In this document: in pieces, positions 17,633 through 27,491 of the stretch
How positions within the stretch are numbered: the first letter of the stretch is position 1
Layout: each line of letters opens with the position of its first letter
Origin: a virus
Taxonomy: Duplodnaviria; Caudoviricetes
DNA: 39,977 nt
IMG/VR virus record: IMGVR_UViG_3300017700_000491
Coordinates: 1-39,977 of that record
Strand: one strand, 5' to 3'
Position numbers and translations under genes: made by a program
Notes under the pieces: generated by a model
Seen by the model: the letters and a program-made list of their open reading frames with translations, nothing else
What the model was told of the DNA's origin: nothing
Database searches by the model: none

Positions 17633-18963
17633 TATTTTGCCCCCGTGGAATTGAGGTATTGCAGCACCTGATCGCGCGTGGCGCCGGGGAACTGCTTCAT
17701 GAGGCGGTTCACGTCGCCTTCTTTTACCGGGCCGAAGGTCGGGTGATTGACAACAAAGCCGCCGCCCTGCACCGGAATGGCCTTGCTGGACAGCCCTTTT
17801 TGCAGACCCTTGGTCATGTAGCGCTCAACCACGCCCATGGCATTCCGAAACGCCGTCTTGCTCATGTCAGGATCGAGCGCGGCCACCGCGGCGGTCAGCT
17901 TCTCGCCCTCGGCATTCGACAGCGCGCCCATACCCTTGATTTGCTGGACGGCCGGCAGGAAGACTTGAGATTTCAGCGATTCAAGCTGCCCCCGGAAGTC
18001 TTTATTCTCGGTGCCGGGGATATAGGCCAGAAGGCGGCCAATGCCGGTGCCAATGCCCGCAATGGTGTTGCCCGTGGTGTCCTTCATCAGCGGGTCAGCA
18101 AGAAGGCTGGAAATCGTGTTCAGGGCGTGCTGGGCGCTATCGACCTGCGACTGTGCCGCCTCGCCTGTTTCTAGGGCCTTGAGGCGCTGCGAATCGATCA
18201 GCTTGTCGCGCTCCAGAATGAGCTGGCCGCGCTTCGTTTCACTGTCGGCTTGCTGAATCTCGGTGTCCAATTGGGCAATGCGGCGCTTGTCCCGCGTCGT
18301 CTCTACGTCCTCTCTGGCCTGCTGTACCTTGATGCCGGCCGTATCCTGCGCAACCTGAGCTTCTACGCCGGCCTTCATGGCTTCGGCCTCGGCTTTCGAC
18401 AGGGTAGCAGGCGCCTGCTCCTTGGCGCGGGCCTCGTCGCCCATGTTGCCGTATGCAGCCGCGAATTTCTCAGGCCCAGCCATTGCGGCCAGCATGTTGC
18501 CCATGTTGACCTTGGCGAAATTCGGATCCATTTCGAACACCTGGGCCATGGCCTCGGTTGCGCCGGCGCCGCGCTCGTCGCCAGCATTGCGCAGCGCCTT
18601 GGCCTTGTCGCGCATCAGGCGCAGGCCCACGTCTGGCTTGTCGCTGTTGAACGCCGTAAAAATCTGCGTTGCCTCGTTCAGTTTTGCGGCCTTTTCTTCG
18701 GGCGCAAACATGTCATAGCTGCGCTTGAACTGCTCGCTCAACTGCGGGTACTTCAGGCTGTACTGGCCGATCTTGGCAGCGGTCGGGTTCGCGCTCAGTT
18801 CGGCCAGGTCAGCACGCATGGCAGCGTCCCGCAACTTGGCCTGTTCGGCAAGCGCGCGCTGGTCCTGGATGCCGCGGATGGCCACGCCGTTCTTGATGCC
18901 TTCCATCAGCGTAGCCGATGGGTCTTGTGCAGCAAACGCGCCGCTGTAGTCGATTGGGGACAT
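17632..18963 (-). CDS. DNA-ejection protein (P22 gp20 position)
   Basis: MSPIDYS start, helical, QIKGMGALSNAEGEKL motif. Confidence 0.7.
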   Translation of the reverse strand: MSPIDYSGAFAAQDPSATLMEGIKNGVAIRGIQDQRALAEQAKLRDAAMRADLAELSANPTAAKIGQYSLKYPQLSEQFKRSYDMFAPEEKAAKLNEATQIFTAFNSDKPDVGLRLMRDKAKALRNAGDERGAGATEAMAQVFEMDPNFAKVNMGNMLAAMAGPEKFAAAYGNMGDEARAKEQAPATLSKAEAEAMKAGVEAQVAQDTAGIKVQQAREDVETTRDKRRIAQLDTEIQQADSETKRGQLILERDKLIDSQRLKALETGEAAQSQVDSAQHALNTISSLLADPLMKDTTGNTIAGIGTGIGRLLAYIPGTENKDFRGQLESLKSQVFLPAVQQIKGMGALSNAEGEKLTAAVAALDPDMSKTAFRNAMGVVERYMTKGLQKGLSSKAIPVQGGGFVVNHPTFGPVKEGDVNRLMKQFPGATRDQVLQYLNSTGAK

Positions 18964-19595
18964 TAGAATTTCGCTCCGATGAATGTGCCGAGGTTGCCAG
19001 TAAATGAGTTGGCCATCTGGCCGAATGCGCGGCCCTGTGCGAGTTGCCCGCCTGCCTGTGCCGCCCCTTGCTGTGCGAGTAGGTCGGTAATCTGGTTGCC
19101 CGTCTGCTGCCCTGCCGCGCCGACGCCGGCCGCCGATGCTTGGCCCATCTGCGCCAACCCGCCCAGCCGGCCATACTGCTGGTCGATCAGCTGATTCAAG
19201 AGCTGCGGCCGGAACTGGGCAAGCGCGCCCTGGGTGTTCCCGCCGCGCAGCCCACCGGTGGCAGATGCGTTTTGCAAGATGGCGTTCTCGCCCTGCTGAG
19301 CCAGCGCGCCGAACTGCGCTGAATTCTGGATGCCGTTAATCGCACCCTGCTGCGCCTGCTGCCCATTCAGGCCAAGCAAGTCCTGTTGGCCGGTTAGGGC
19401 AGGCTGGCCGGCATTCACATACGGCGACAGCAGCTTCTGGATGGCATCGAACTGACGGCGCTGTTCCTCGATACCGAGCTGCGCGCTTTCGCTTTGCGAA
19501 TCAGCGGCCGACTGTGCCGCCTGCGCCCCTTTCCTGGCTGACCAAATACCGCCAACAGTTCCGACAATGGCCGCGCCAGCAGCAAAAATAGACAT
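18963..19595 (-). CDS. DNA-ejection/pilot protein (P22 gp7-like)
   Basis: Gly/Ala/Gln-rich; LSPYVNAG, NASATGGLRGGN. Confidence 0.8.
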   Translation of the reverse strand: MSIFAAGAAIVGTVGGIWSARKGAQAAQSAADSQSESAQLGIEEQRRQFDAIQKLLSPYVNAGQPALTGQQDLLGLNGQQAQQGAINGIQNSAQFGALAQQGENAILQNASATGGLRGGNTQGALAQFRPQLLNQLIDQQYGRLGGLAQMGQASAAGVGAAGQQTGNQITDLLAQQGAAQAGGQLAQGRAFGQMANSFTGNLGTFIGAKF

Positions 19596-19597
19596 GG

Positions 19598-20152
19598 TTA
19601 ATCCTTTCCGATTACGGGGGTAGCCTGGGCCAAGTGGCGGTCAAACGCCGCAAGGTCAGGCCATGCAATAGCGTCTTCAATGCCTTCCAGCGTGGTTTCG
19701 TCCGTGCGGAACACGTTCATGAACACGGTGTCATCATTGGCAAAGCCGATTTTCTGAATTCCTGGGGGGGATACCGCCTGTTGACCGGCAACAAGCCGGC
19801 CCGATCCGTTTTCCGTCAAGATGCTGATGTCGCCCTTGAGAACAATGTTCAGGCAAGCCAGCTTGTGCACCTTGCCCACCAACAGCATCCCCTTTGGGAT
19901 GAAGATCGTGCGCGCGACCATGCCATCAATAGCGATCTGCTCGACAGGAAGGCCTTCCAGCGCGCCAGGTAGGCCGCTCAGGCCCGTTTGCATGGAACGG
20001 ATGAACTCGCGCACCAGTGCAGTGGCTGCGCCGCCGTGGTTGAAGGTGATAACGCCCGCTTCGGGGTCGTAATGCATCAGGTCGCGCATGGTGGCGACTT
20101 GGCCAGATACAGCGGCCTTCTGTTCTTGAGGTTGTTGGGCGTCCAACAGCAT
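19598..20152 (-). CDS. Cupin-like protein of the virion-morphogenesis region
   Basis: ARTIFIPKGMLLVGKVHK...VLKGDISI...SPPGIQKIGFA double-stranded beta-helix pattern. Confidence 0.6.
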   Translation of the reverse strand: MLLDAQQPQEQKAAVSGQVATMRDLMHYDPEAGVITFNHGGAATALVREFIRSMQTGLSGLPGALEGLPVEQIAIDGMVARTIFIPKGMLLVGKVHKLACLNIVLKGDISILTENGSGRLVAGQQAVSPPGIQKIGFANDDTVFMNVFRTDETTLEGIEDAIAWPDLAAFDRHLAQATPVIGKD

Positions 20153-20231
20153 AAAACTCTCCCGTCCTGGGGTGGTTTCGGCCGCTGGGCGCCTAAAAAC
20201 TCAGCTCGCGCCTGCCGGGCGCGTGTCGGGG

Positions 20232-20260
20232 ATTATATCTAGAAACTATTGACAGCGGAA
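20232..20260 (-). promoter_or_regulatory. Putative late promoter
   Basis: Minus strand TTCCGC-17bp-TATAAT (perfect -10, weak -35) followed by a GC-rich structured leader. Confidence 0.4.
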
Positions 20261-20277
20261 AACAAGATAGTTACAGA

Positions 20278-20622
20278 CTATCCTTGCACGAAGCCATCCA
20301 GGAACGACGCCGTGATGCTGGTGGCGGTGCCGGCCTGGGCCTGCACGAAGCCGAGCGACTTAAGCACAGGGATATCCACGTCGATGTAGTCGTTTGCAGC
20401 CACCGTTACAGCCGGAAGACACACGTTTTCATCGACGGCCGTCTCGCCAGATGGGATTGCCCACGCCTTGATGGTGGCCGGCAAAGCTGTTGTGTTGGCG
20501 AAACGGATGCGGATATTGCGCGCGATGTTGGCCGTAGATGACCCGCTGACGGTAAAGAGCGTATCGACAGCAGCGTTATTTACTTGCTTCGGGTCAAACA
20601 GAGGGGTGAAGGAGAGTGCCAT
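20278..20622 (-). CDS. Small beta-rich virion protein
   Basis: Position in the tail module; beta-strand composition. Confidence 0.65.
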   Translation of the reverse strand: MALSFTPLFDPKQVNNAAVDTLFTVSGSSTANIARNIRIRFANTTALPATIKAWAIPSGETAVDENVCLPAVTVAANDYIDVDIPVLKSLGFVQAQAGTATSITASFLDGFVQG

Positions 20623-20623
20623 T

Positions 20624-21007
20624 TTAGATCCCTAAAAAGTTTTCGATTTTGGTAATCCGCTGGTTCAGTGCGGTTTGGGTTTCGCGCCTTGCCTGGTTCG
20701 CCTCCAGTGCCGACAGCCGCTGAAGGATGCTTGAGAGGTTGGCAGACTGCAGCGGCATTTGCTCAAGTTCTGCTGTTCTTGCTGCGAGCCGTGCATCTTG
20801 CCCGCTCCGTGGCGTCGGCACTTCCAGGCTATTCAACCTGGCGGAAATGTCGGCCACGTTGACCCTCTTAATGCTGCTCACCAGCGCCAGTAGTTCTTCG
20901 AAGTCGCTTGGCGAATCGTCCATGAACTTCAGCAGCTTTTCGAAGGCCACAATCGTTTCATGGTTGGGTAGGAACTGCTTGAGTACGTCACGCCCGATTC
21001 TAGCCAT
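20624..21007 (-). CDS. Coiled-coil virion protein (possible needle/plug)
   Basis: ATG 21007 (MARIGRDVLKQFL); heptad repeats; follows the gp10-like gene. Confidence 0.55.
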   Translation of the reverse strand: MARIGRDVLKQFLPNHETIVAFEKLLKFMDDSPSDFEELLALVSSIKRVNVADISARLNSLEVPTPRSGQDARLAARTAELEQMPLQSANLSSILQRLSALEANQARRETQTALNQRITKIENFLGI

Positions 21008-22400
21008 TGAGCGCCTCCATTTTCGCCTCAAGCCGCGCAATGGACACATGCGCGTCGCTGGTGCCGCGGAATTTCTGAATGCGCCAGTTACGCATGGAGC
21101 CGCAGTTGAGCCATGTGGTGCGCTTGGTGCGGTCGCCCTGCTTTCCGATGCGGCAGGCGCGCTCCTGGCCCCATGTCACCCCGTCGATAGAATACGAGGT
21201 CCACACCACTGGGTCAGCGCCAAGTGGCACGCGGCCCGGAAGGGTGGCCAGTTCCAGTTGATGAATGATGGCGCCCAGCGACTCGTTATAGATGATGGGC
21301 GTGTTGAATTCCCATCCAACAGTCTCCCCGTAGTGCGTGGATACGGTATCCAGCAGCTCGCCCAGGGCCGCGCTTGCCGGGTCGGCGCACAGCCAGCGGT
21401 CATAGCACCACAGGATACTGCGCGCGCGGTACTGGCCAAGGCCAACGACACTGGTTGTCAGCGTGTGCCAGACCGGCTCCTGGATGACTTGCGAGGCGTT
21501 GCCGTCATAGACAAGGGTCTGGTCAGGCAAGTGCAGGTAAAGCAACTCGTGCGACTTGAAAACGCGCGCCTCCATCACAGACGAAGCCAGTTGCGCTTCC
21601 GTGTAATCCATCAGCAGCGTATCGATTTCGCGGGTGGCAATCTTTTGGCTTGATCCGTTGTTGCCCAGCCAAACAGAAGGGGCCTCATTGCGCGCGCCGC
21701 CGAGAAAGGCAATCGTGTCCATGAAGATGGTTGCGCAATGGGTGCCAAGCACGCCGCGCTGGATTTGGGCGCCCTCGTTGCGCTCGAATGGGAAGTTCGC
21801 GCCCCCGATGTTGTTAAACTGCTCGATGGTGTTGCGGTTCAGTGCATACACCTCGTTGCGCAGCTTAAACAAGCCCAGGATCGGGTCTGGATCGGCTTCC
21901 GAACTGCCGTATTTCAGCGGGTTGATGGCGGTTGGGTCGTTGAGTTCGGTGACGATCAGGAACGCGCCGTCCGTGGTCATGAAATAGCCATCGACCCACA
22001 GATGATCCACCACCTCGCCAAGGTCGGTATCCGTCACTTGCGTGAGGGTAGCGCCGTTCCAGTAATACAGGTTGCCACCGCCTGAAATGCTCAACTGGTC
22101 AAACGAGTAATCCAACGTGCACATGCTGTCACCAGCGATAAAGCCAAGCTCCGTAACGATGCCAGTGTCGCTGACGGTCACCAGCTGCGTGCCCATGACG
22201 CGGTAGCAGACGCCGCGCCAGGTGATAGCCCCACGGTCAGAGCCTGGGCCCGTGCCAAATGTGGAAATCCCGTCTGCCGGCCGCAGGTACCCGTTGGAAA
22301 TGCCTTGCTGCTTTGGAACGGGGATCATGTTGCGCGGATAGGATGACCGGAAATCCGGGGCCTCGTCACAAAAAGAACCGTTCAAGATTGGAATTTGCAT
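21000..22400 (-). CDS. Packaged-DNA stabilisation / tail hub protein (P22 gp10-like)
   Basis: ATG 22400 (MQIPILNG); GYLRPADGI, WVDGYF, YGSSEADPDPI beta-propeller motifs. Confidence 0.85.
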   Translation of the reverse strand: MQIPILNGSFCDEAPDFRSSYPRNMIPVPKQQGISNGYLRPADGISTFGTGPGSDRGAITWRGVCYRVMGTQLVTVSDTGIVTELGFIAGDSMCTLDYSFDQLSISGGGNLYYWNGATLTQVTDTDLGEVVDHLWVDGYFMTTDGAFLIVTELNDPTAINPLKYGSSEADPDPILGLFKLRNEVYALNRNTIEQFNNIGGANFPFERNEGAQIQRGVLGTHCATIFMDTIAFLGGARNEAPSVWLGNNGSSQKIATREIDTLLMDYTEAQLASSVMEARVFKSHELLYLHLPDQTLVYDGNASQVIQEPVWHTLTTSVVGLGQYRARSILWCYDRWLCADPASAALGELLDTVSTHYGETVGWEFNTPIIYNESLGAIIHQLELATLPGRVPLGADPVVWTSYSIDGVTWGQERACRIGKQGDRTKRTTWLNCGSMRNWRIQKFRGTSDAHVSIARLEAKMEALNG

Positions 22401-22401
22401 G

Positions 22402-22878
22402 TCATGCCGAAGGTAAGATTGCCAGGCAGCAGAATTGGGCGCCGTTGGCGTTTCCACTAAACACGTTGAAATTGCTAAGTGCAGCAATGACCCCTGTCAC
22501 CAGCACAACACCGCTCATAGATGGCAATGTCGCGCTTCGATACCCTTTGATAACACAGCCGGTGTAATTCAACTGCGCGTCCCTCGCCCAGGTCTTCACC
22601 TTGAAAATTACCGGCTGGCTGTCTGCCGACTCAAATAGAAGGCAGGCGACAGCTGGGATAACGGGGAACGACCGCGTAAAAACAACAGTCGCTTCGCCAT
22701 TGGCCCCCAATACGCCCACGGTAGCGCTGGAAATGCGGGGGTGCTTATGATCGTCCCTCGCGGCCATCCCCCTGTCCCCTGGGATAGGCGTTACCGCCTC
22801 TGCCGCAGGGGACGTGTTGGATAGAAGCGGCTGAAGCTGCCTCAGTTCCGGACCGCGATTGACGCTTGACCGCCTCAC
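22402..22878 (-). CDS. Putative minor virion/fibre-associated protein
   Basis: GTG 22878 in a GTGA overlap; AARDDHKHP motif typical of fibre repeats; beta-rich. Confidence 0.55.
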   Translation of the reverse strand: MRRSSVNRGPELRQLQPLLSNTSPAAEAVTPIPGDRGMAARDDHKHPRISSATVGVLGANGEATVVFTRSFPVIPAVACLLFESADSQPVIFKVKTWARDAQLNYTGCVIKGYRSATLPSMSGVVLVTGVIAALSNFNVFSGNANGAQFCCLAILPSA

Positions 22879-23189
22879 ACGCCGCCCTCTCCGGTCATCA
22901 CCTGGAACGTGGTTCCGGCTGCGGAGATGTAAGCCACCGCGTCGTGGTCGGCGCCCTTGGTGGCCACCAGCGTGCCGCCCGCAAGCACCGGGCAATCCGC
23001 AGTGGTAGCCGATTGGGCCACCGTGCCGCCCAATGAGTTGTACGTGCGGAAGAAACCGATGTTGGCGCCCGAGTTGCAGATGCGGATCTGCTTGTCGTTG
23101 ATGTTGATCGCGCTCGATGCGGAAGCCACGGCGGGGGTTACAACCTGGTTCTCACCAAAGTGAGGGTAAAACGGTTGGCGTGCGGTCAT
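22875..23189 (-). CDS. Small virion protein
   Basis: GGAGG RBS and ATG 23189; ends in GEGG; structural cluster. Confidence 0.65.
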   Translation of the reverse strand: MTARQPFYPHFGENQVVTPAVASASSAININDKQIRICNSGANIGFFRTYNSLGGTVAQSATTADCPVLAGGTLVATKGADHDAVAYISAAGTTFQVMTGEGGV

Positions 23190-23199
23190 GATGGCCTCC

Positions 23200-23664
23200 T
23201 TAGCCGATGCGGTACCACGATTGATTGACGCCGTCATAGCGAAGACGGAAGAACGCGTTGGCGGTCAGGGTGGTGGGCGCGCCGTTGACTGCCACAGCGC
23301 CGTTCCCGCTCACCGTCAAGGTGGTGACGGCCTGCGTGCTGGTCACAAGGACTTCCTGGCCATCCTCGGCTGCGGCCAGCGCGGGCAGAACGATCGTTCC
23401 AGCTGCATAGCCTGCCAACGGCGTCATGAGCAGGTACACGCTGCCGCCCGCGGTGGTCGGCGCGATGGTCACCGAGAACCCGGTAGCCGCTGGGGAGTAA
23501 TACTGCGCCTCCTCCCCGCTGGCCGGCGTCAGCAGCGATTGAATGTAGGTGGCGAAAAGCGAAACAGACGCCTTGCGGGCGTCTCCGTTTGCTGCCTGGT
23601 AGATCGGGATTTGATCCCCGGCCGTCACCGCGTCGGCAGCGGCCAATTGGTTGATGGTGGTCAT
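23200..23664 (-). CDS. Virion structural protein
   Basis: MTTINQL...; Thr/Ala-rich; ends WYRIG. Confidence 0.7.
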   Translation of the reverse strand: MTTINQLAAADAVTAGDQIPIYQAANGDARKASVSLFATYIQSLLTPASGEEAQYYSPAATGFSVTIAPTTAGGSVYLLMTPLAGYAAGTIVLPALAAAEDGQEVLVTSTQAVTTLTVSGNGAVAVNGAPTTLTANAFFRLRYDGVNQSWYRIG

Positions 23665-23673
23665 TCTTGGTTC

Positions 23674-24159
23674 CTATTCGAATTCGATTTGGTCGCCGCC
23701 CTGCGTGCCCACGAGCGGGTCAACAGGCGTGCGCATGAATGGCGAATCGTTCCGGCGCCATGGCTTGTTGCCGGCCCCCTGCGGCAGCGTGTTGGGCAAC
23801 TGCTGCTGCGGTGGGAAGGCGGCGCGTGCAAGCAGCGTGTCATAGGCGGCCTTGGCCACGTTGCGCGTGTCCTGCGAAAGCGTCTTGCCGAACCCGGAAG
23901 CGATGCGAACGGCCAGGTTCATGAATACCGCCTCGTATGCAGAATCAGGAATGCCCGACTCTGCATCGATATCGGAATTGGAGGGGCTGGACGGCAGCGC
24001 ATAGCCCAGGCGAATGCCGGTGGCGTTCCACTGGGCCAGCATCGAATCGAGGCGGCGCAGGGCGCTTTCTCGCGCCTCCGGGCCGACGTCGAACACATAG
24101 CCGGCCAGTGCGATTTCCCCGAACGCTTCATCAACGAGCTGTGCTTTTGTCCAACCCAT
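23674..24159 (-). CDS. Head-tail adaptor (P22 gp4-like)
   Basis: TKAQLVDEAF...ALRRLDSMLAQW...GIRLGY...NLAVRIA...LPQGAGNK. Confidence 0.85.
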   Translation of the reverse strand: MGWTKAQLVDEAFGEIALAGYVFDVGPEARESALRRLDSMLAQWNATGIRLGYALPSSPSNSDIDAESGIPDSAYEAVFMNLAVRIASGFGKTLSQDTRNVAKAAYDTLLARAAFPPQQQLPNTLPQGAGNKPWRRNDSPFMRTPVDPLVGTQGGDQIEFE

Positions 24160-24161
24160 GA

Positions 24162-24485
24162 TTACGCCTCGGCCAGCTTGGCGGTGATGGCGGCAAGCAC
24201 GGTTGCATCGCTGGCCTTGTGGTGCACCTTGATGCCCAGTTCAATCGCCTTGGCGCGCAGCTCCGCACTCGTCGGGGGTGCGTCGTCGTCAGGTTCGGCC
24301 AGCTTGGCAGCAACGATAACGGGCGCCGGGGCCAGCGCTTCGGGCAACGTGCCGTGGTAGCCATCGGCCAGGCCAGCGGAGAATTCTTCTTCGTCCTGCA
24401 CCAGCTTATGGGAATAGGTGCCACCCTGGCATTGCTCTGACCCTGGCGAGCGGAACATCAAACGCGGGAATTCCATGATTTTCAC
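24162..24485 (-). CDS. Hypothetical protein with C-terminal HeH-like domain
   Basis: PTSAELRAKAIELGIKVHHKASDATVLAAI. Confidence 0.65.
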   Translation of the reverse strand: MKIMEFPRLMFRSPGSEQCQGGTYSHKLVQDEEEFSAGLADGYHGTLPEALAPAPVIVAAKLAEPDDDAPPTSAELRAKAIELGIKVHHKASDATVLAAITAKLAEA

Positions 24486-24524
24486 TCCGGTAGCGCGGGC
24501 CGATGACCTGGCCCGCGCGGGGTT

Positions 24525-25121
24525 TTACGACATGCGATAGGTGACGAAGGTATTCGCGGCCGTCTTCACGGTGCGGAAGTAGCCCGAAGTAGCGGTTGCC
24601 ACCACAGCGGTACCGACGATGGTATGCGTGGCCGCGGCCGTGACCGTGAAGGCATTGGCGCCCGTGGCAATCACGGACCAGTCGAACGAATCACCGATGG
24701 CAAACGACGACGCCGCATCCATCACGGTGCCGGTTGGCATGGTGCCGGCGACAGCGGCGGCCGTGGTCGAGGTGACGATACCGCCCAGCATGGCAGCGGC
24801 AGTGATGGCGCCAGTAGCATTGAGCGCAACCGGGACCGGCTGGTATTGCGTGGCGTAGAAGGTCTGCACCACTGGCGAAACGCCAACCTCGTACTTGGCC
24901 ACCGATGGGCCGGCGTCAACGATGACCGTTGCGCCGCTGGCATACGGGCCGAATACAGTTTGGCCGTTGCTCACCACGCCCAGTACGCTTTTCGATTCAG
25001 GCATGTTCGGGTAGCCGACAAGGCGCGACACCGTTGCGGTGGACGCGCTGTACACGGCGATGCTCGAAGCGGCCGGGATGGTGATTTTGGCAGTGCCATT
25101 TTCGTAGACAATTTGTTCCAT
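24525..25121 (-). CDS. Probable capsid decoration/cement protein
   Basis: Directly after the coat gene; Ala/Thr/Val-rich beta protein. Confidence 0.6.
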   Translation of the reverse strand: MEQIVYENGTAKITIPAASSIAVYSASTATVSRLVGYPNMPESKSVLGVVSNGQTVFGPYASGATVIVDAGPSVAKYEVGVSPVVQTFYATQYQPVPVALNATGAITAAAMLGGIVTSTTAAAVAGTMPTGTVMDAASSFAIGDSFDWSVIATGANAFTVTAAATHTIVGTAVVATATSGYFRTVKTAANTFVTYRMS

Positions 25122-25142
25122 GATATTTCCCTCGAAGAATTG

Positions 25143-25170
25143 AAAAAGCAGGGGCCGAAGCCCCCGCCTG
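25143..25170 (-). terminator. Intrinsic terminator after the coat gene
   Basis: Minus strand gcgggggc-ttcg-gcccctgc-ttttt. Confidence 0.75.
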
Positions 25171-25183
25171 TTTTGCTGCTCGC

Positions 25184-26557
25184 TTAGGTCTGCGAGAAGA
25201 GCATGATGCCGGCCATTTCAGGCTGCTTCATGCAGACGCCCCAGCGAACGTCCCAACGATACTTGGTCTTCATGGTGTTGATGTCGTAGAACTTCTGCAT
25301 CACCACTTCCAGGCCCTGGTCCACGGTCGAGCGCATCACCTGTACGCCTGCGTCGGTCGGCACGGCATAGCGGCCTGGCAGGATTTCGATGGCGTCCTTC
25401 TGCCAGAACGGGTTGACCGAGGCAGCAACCGTGTTCAGGAACACGATGGCCGAGTTGGCGGCCGGGGTGTTCACCACGCAGTTCTGGTACTGGATTTCCG
25501 CATCGGTGCCGCCCTGCGCGGTAATCATCGGTGGGCTGATGACCATCGTGGTGGCCGAAGCAACCGAGATAACGCGGAAGGTCTTCAGGCGGCCGGTGTC
25601 GCCCTTGGTGATGTGGTGCACGGCGTTGACAGTGGCCACGGTGAAGCAGTCGCCGGCCGCAACGTTGGTCGTGGACGACACGGTGACGGTCTGGTAACGG
25701 TTGTCAACGTTGCCCGATTCGCCGGTCGAGGACGTGCGGTTGGCCACTGGGGTGTAGAAGTTGGCGCCGGCCACCAGCGTGTTGATGGTGAGTGCGCCGC
25801 CGCCTGCCGCTGCCGCCTGGCGCACTGCGTAGTCCAGCTTGTAGGTGTCGAAGTTGGCCAGGTGCCCCACGAACGCCTTTTCATACGCGGTGGTCGGCTT
25901 GCCCTGCATCGTCTGGCGCGCGGCCAGGTTCGAGGCCATGCCGTTGTAATCACGGGTGGACAGCGCGATGTAGCGCTCGAAAGCATTGACGCCCTGCTCG
26001 TTAAACAGCGCTTCGGCTTCGGCCAGGTCATCGAAGCCCGAGGCCGCGGCCGAACGCTTGACCACGATGGTGCCTTGCAGCGCCGCGACGGTCATCACCG
26101 ACAGGTTGATATCGGAGGCGAGCTTTTGCGCCGCGGCTTGGCCCAGGCGGTTTTCTTGCAGCGCATCGCGCAGCTCGGTCGCGGTCAGGATCGCGGTCGA
26201 GTGCTTCGAATAGCCGATGGTGGCCGGCACGGCGAGCTGGGTAGCTTCATCGAAGTTGGCCGTTGCATCGGTGCCATCGTGCGACTGGGCGATGTACGGC
26301 TGCGGGCGCCAGATGGTGTCGTTGGTGCGCTCCATCATCACCTGGTCGGTCTGGTACTTGGTGACGTTGCGCGACAGCACGAGCTGGTCGTTGAACTTTT
26401 CCAGCACGTCTTCGAAGGCGACGCGCTCTTCCTTGTTGAAGGCATTGCTGCCCAGGGCCAGGCCATCCTTGTCGAGTCTGGAGGCGAGCGCTTGACCTGC
26501 GGCGTGGGCCAGTGCCATGCAGGCGGCGGCGATGGTGCGGATACGGTAGTTTTTCAT
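25184..26557 (-). CDS. Major capsid protein (P22 coat-like) with N-terminal extension
   Basis: SNAFNKEERVAFE..., IWRPQPY, KLASDIN, KYRWDVRWG...QPEMAGI; CAGGA RBS before ATG 26557. Confidence 0.9.
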   Translation of the reverse strand: MKNYRIRTIAAACMALAHAAGQALASRLDKDGLALGSNAFNKEERVAFEDVLEKFNDQLVLSRNVTKYQTDQVMMERTNDTIWRPQPYIAQSHDGTDATANFDEATQLAVPATIGYSKHSTAILTATELRDALQENRLGQAAAQKLASDINLSVMTVAALQGTIVVKRSAAASGFDDLAEAEALFNEQGVNAFERYIALSTRDYNGMASNLAARQTMQGKPTTAYEKAFVGHLANFDTYKLDYAVRQAAAAGGGALTINTLVAGANFYTPVANRTSSTGESGNVDNRYQTVTVSSTTNVAAGDCFTVATVNAVHHITKGDTGRLKTFRVISVASATTMVISPPMITAQGGTDAEIQYQNCVVNTPAANSAIVFLNTVAASVNPFWQKDAIEILPGRYAVPTDAGVQVMRSTVDQGLEVVMQKFYDINTMKTKYRWDVRWGVCMKQPEMAGIMLFSQT

Positions 26558-26583
26558 GACATATTCCTGTGAGTTTGGGGTTG

Positions 26584-27438
26584 TTATGCCGCGCGCTTCT
26601 GCTTCTTGTAGGCCAGCACCTTGGAAAGGTCGCCGGTCTTCTCAGCATCTGCACGCAAGCGTTCCAGTTCTGCGTCCCCTGCGCCGATGGCCACAGCCGT
26701 GGTGCCACGGACTTGACGCTCTGGCGCGGGGGGGGCTTTGCGGGTGGTAACTTTCAATTGAGTCTCCAGTTTTGCAACCGCGAAAGCGAATTTCACGGGG
26801 TCGGTAATCGAGGCGAGTTCCTTGGCCTTGGCTGGGTTCTTGCCCAGTGCGTAGATGACGTTTGCCGAGTTGTCCGAACCGCTGACAATGATGCCTTGCT
26901 GGGTGACGTTGAAGATTTCCTTGGCGGTTTCTTCTGCGTCCTCGTAGTCGGGCACCTTCAAGGCCTGCTTCGCCTTGGTGTGGGCATCGACACGAGCCTG
27001 CCATTCATCCTTTGCCTTCTGCTCGGCGCGCTCTTTCTCGCGTTGTGCTGCCCGGACGGATTCCTGCTGCTCGTACCAGGCTGTCATCTTCGCGTCGAAC
27101 GCATCTTCGTCGTACTCGCAATCGGCCAGAGTGGGCTTCTTCACGGCTTCCGGCTTGGTGGCCGGCGCTGCTGCCGCTGCCAATTCTTCACGCAACTTGC
27201 GAATTTCGCGGGTTTTCTCCCGGTCGTTCTTGCGCAATTCCTTGACCCATTCAGGCGCTTTGGCCAATTCTTCGTCTTCGGTGGCTGGCGTTGCCCCCTC
27301 GATGCTGATTACAACGTGGTCTTCCTCGCCGCCGCCCTGGTCCGCTTCGCCACCGGTCGGCGTCTCACCGCCCGTTTGCTCTTCGTCCTGGTTGTTGGCC
27401 TGGTCGTTCACGTCCTGCACATCGGTATCTACTGCCAT
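26584..27438 (-). CDS. Scaffolding protein
   Basis: ATG 27438 after AAGGGG; acidic N-terminus, coiled coil, KKPTLADCEYDEDAF, basic C-terminal helix. Confidence 0.85.
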   Translation of the reverse strand: MAVDTDVQDVNDQANNQDEEQTGGETPTGGEADQGGGEEDHVVISIEGATPATEDEELAKAPEWVKELRKNDREKTREIRKLREELAAAAAPATKPEAVKKPTLADCEYDEDAFDAKMTAWYEQQESVRAAQREKERAEQKAKDEWQARVDAHTKAKQALKVPDYEDAEETAKEIFNVTQQGIIVSGSDNSANVIYALGKNPAKAKELASITDPVKFAFAVAKLETQLKVTTRKAPPAPERQVRGTTAVAIGAGDAELERLRADAEKTGDLSKVLAYKKQKRAA

Positions 27439-27491
27439 TTTGTGACCCCTTATCAAACTCACCGATAGGCCCGGTGGATGCCATTAACCGG

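Noticed and set aside
24493-24519. GC hairpin as an intrinsic terminator
   Set aside because: No U-tract on the coding (minus) strand; more likely a stabilising or processing hairpin
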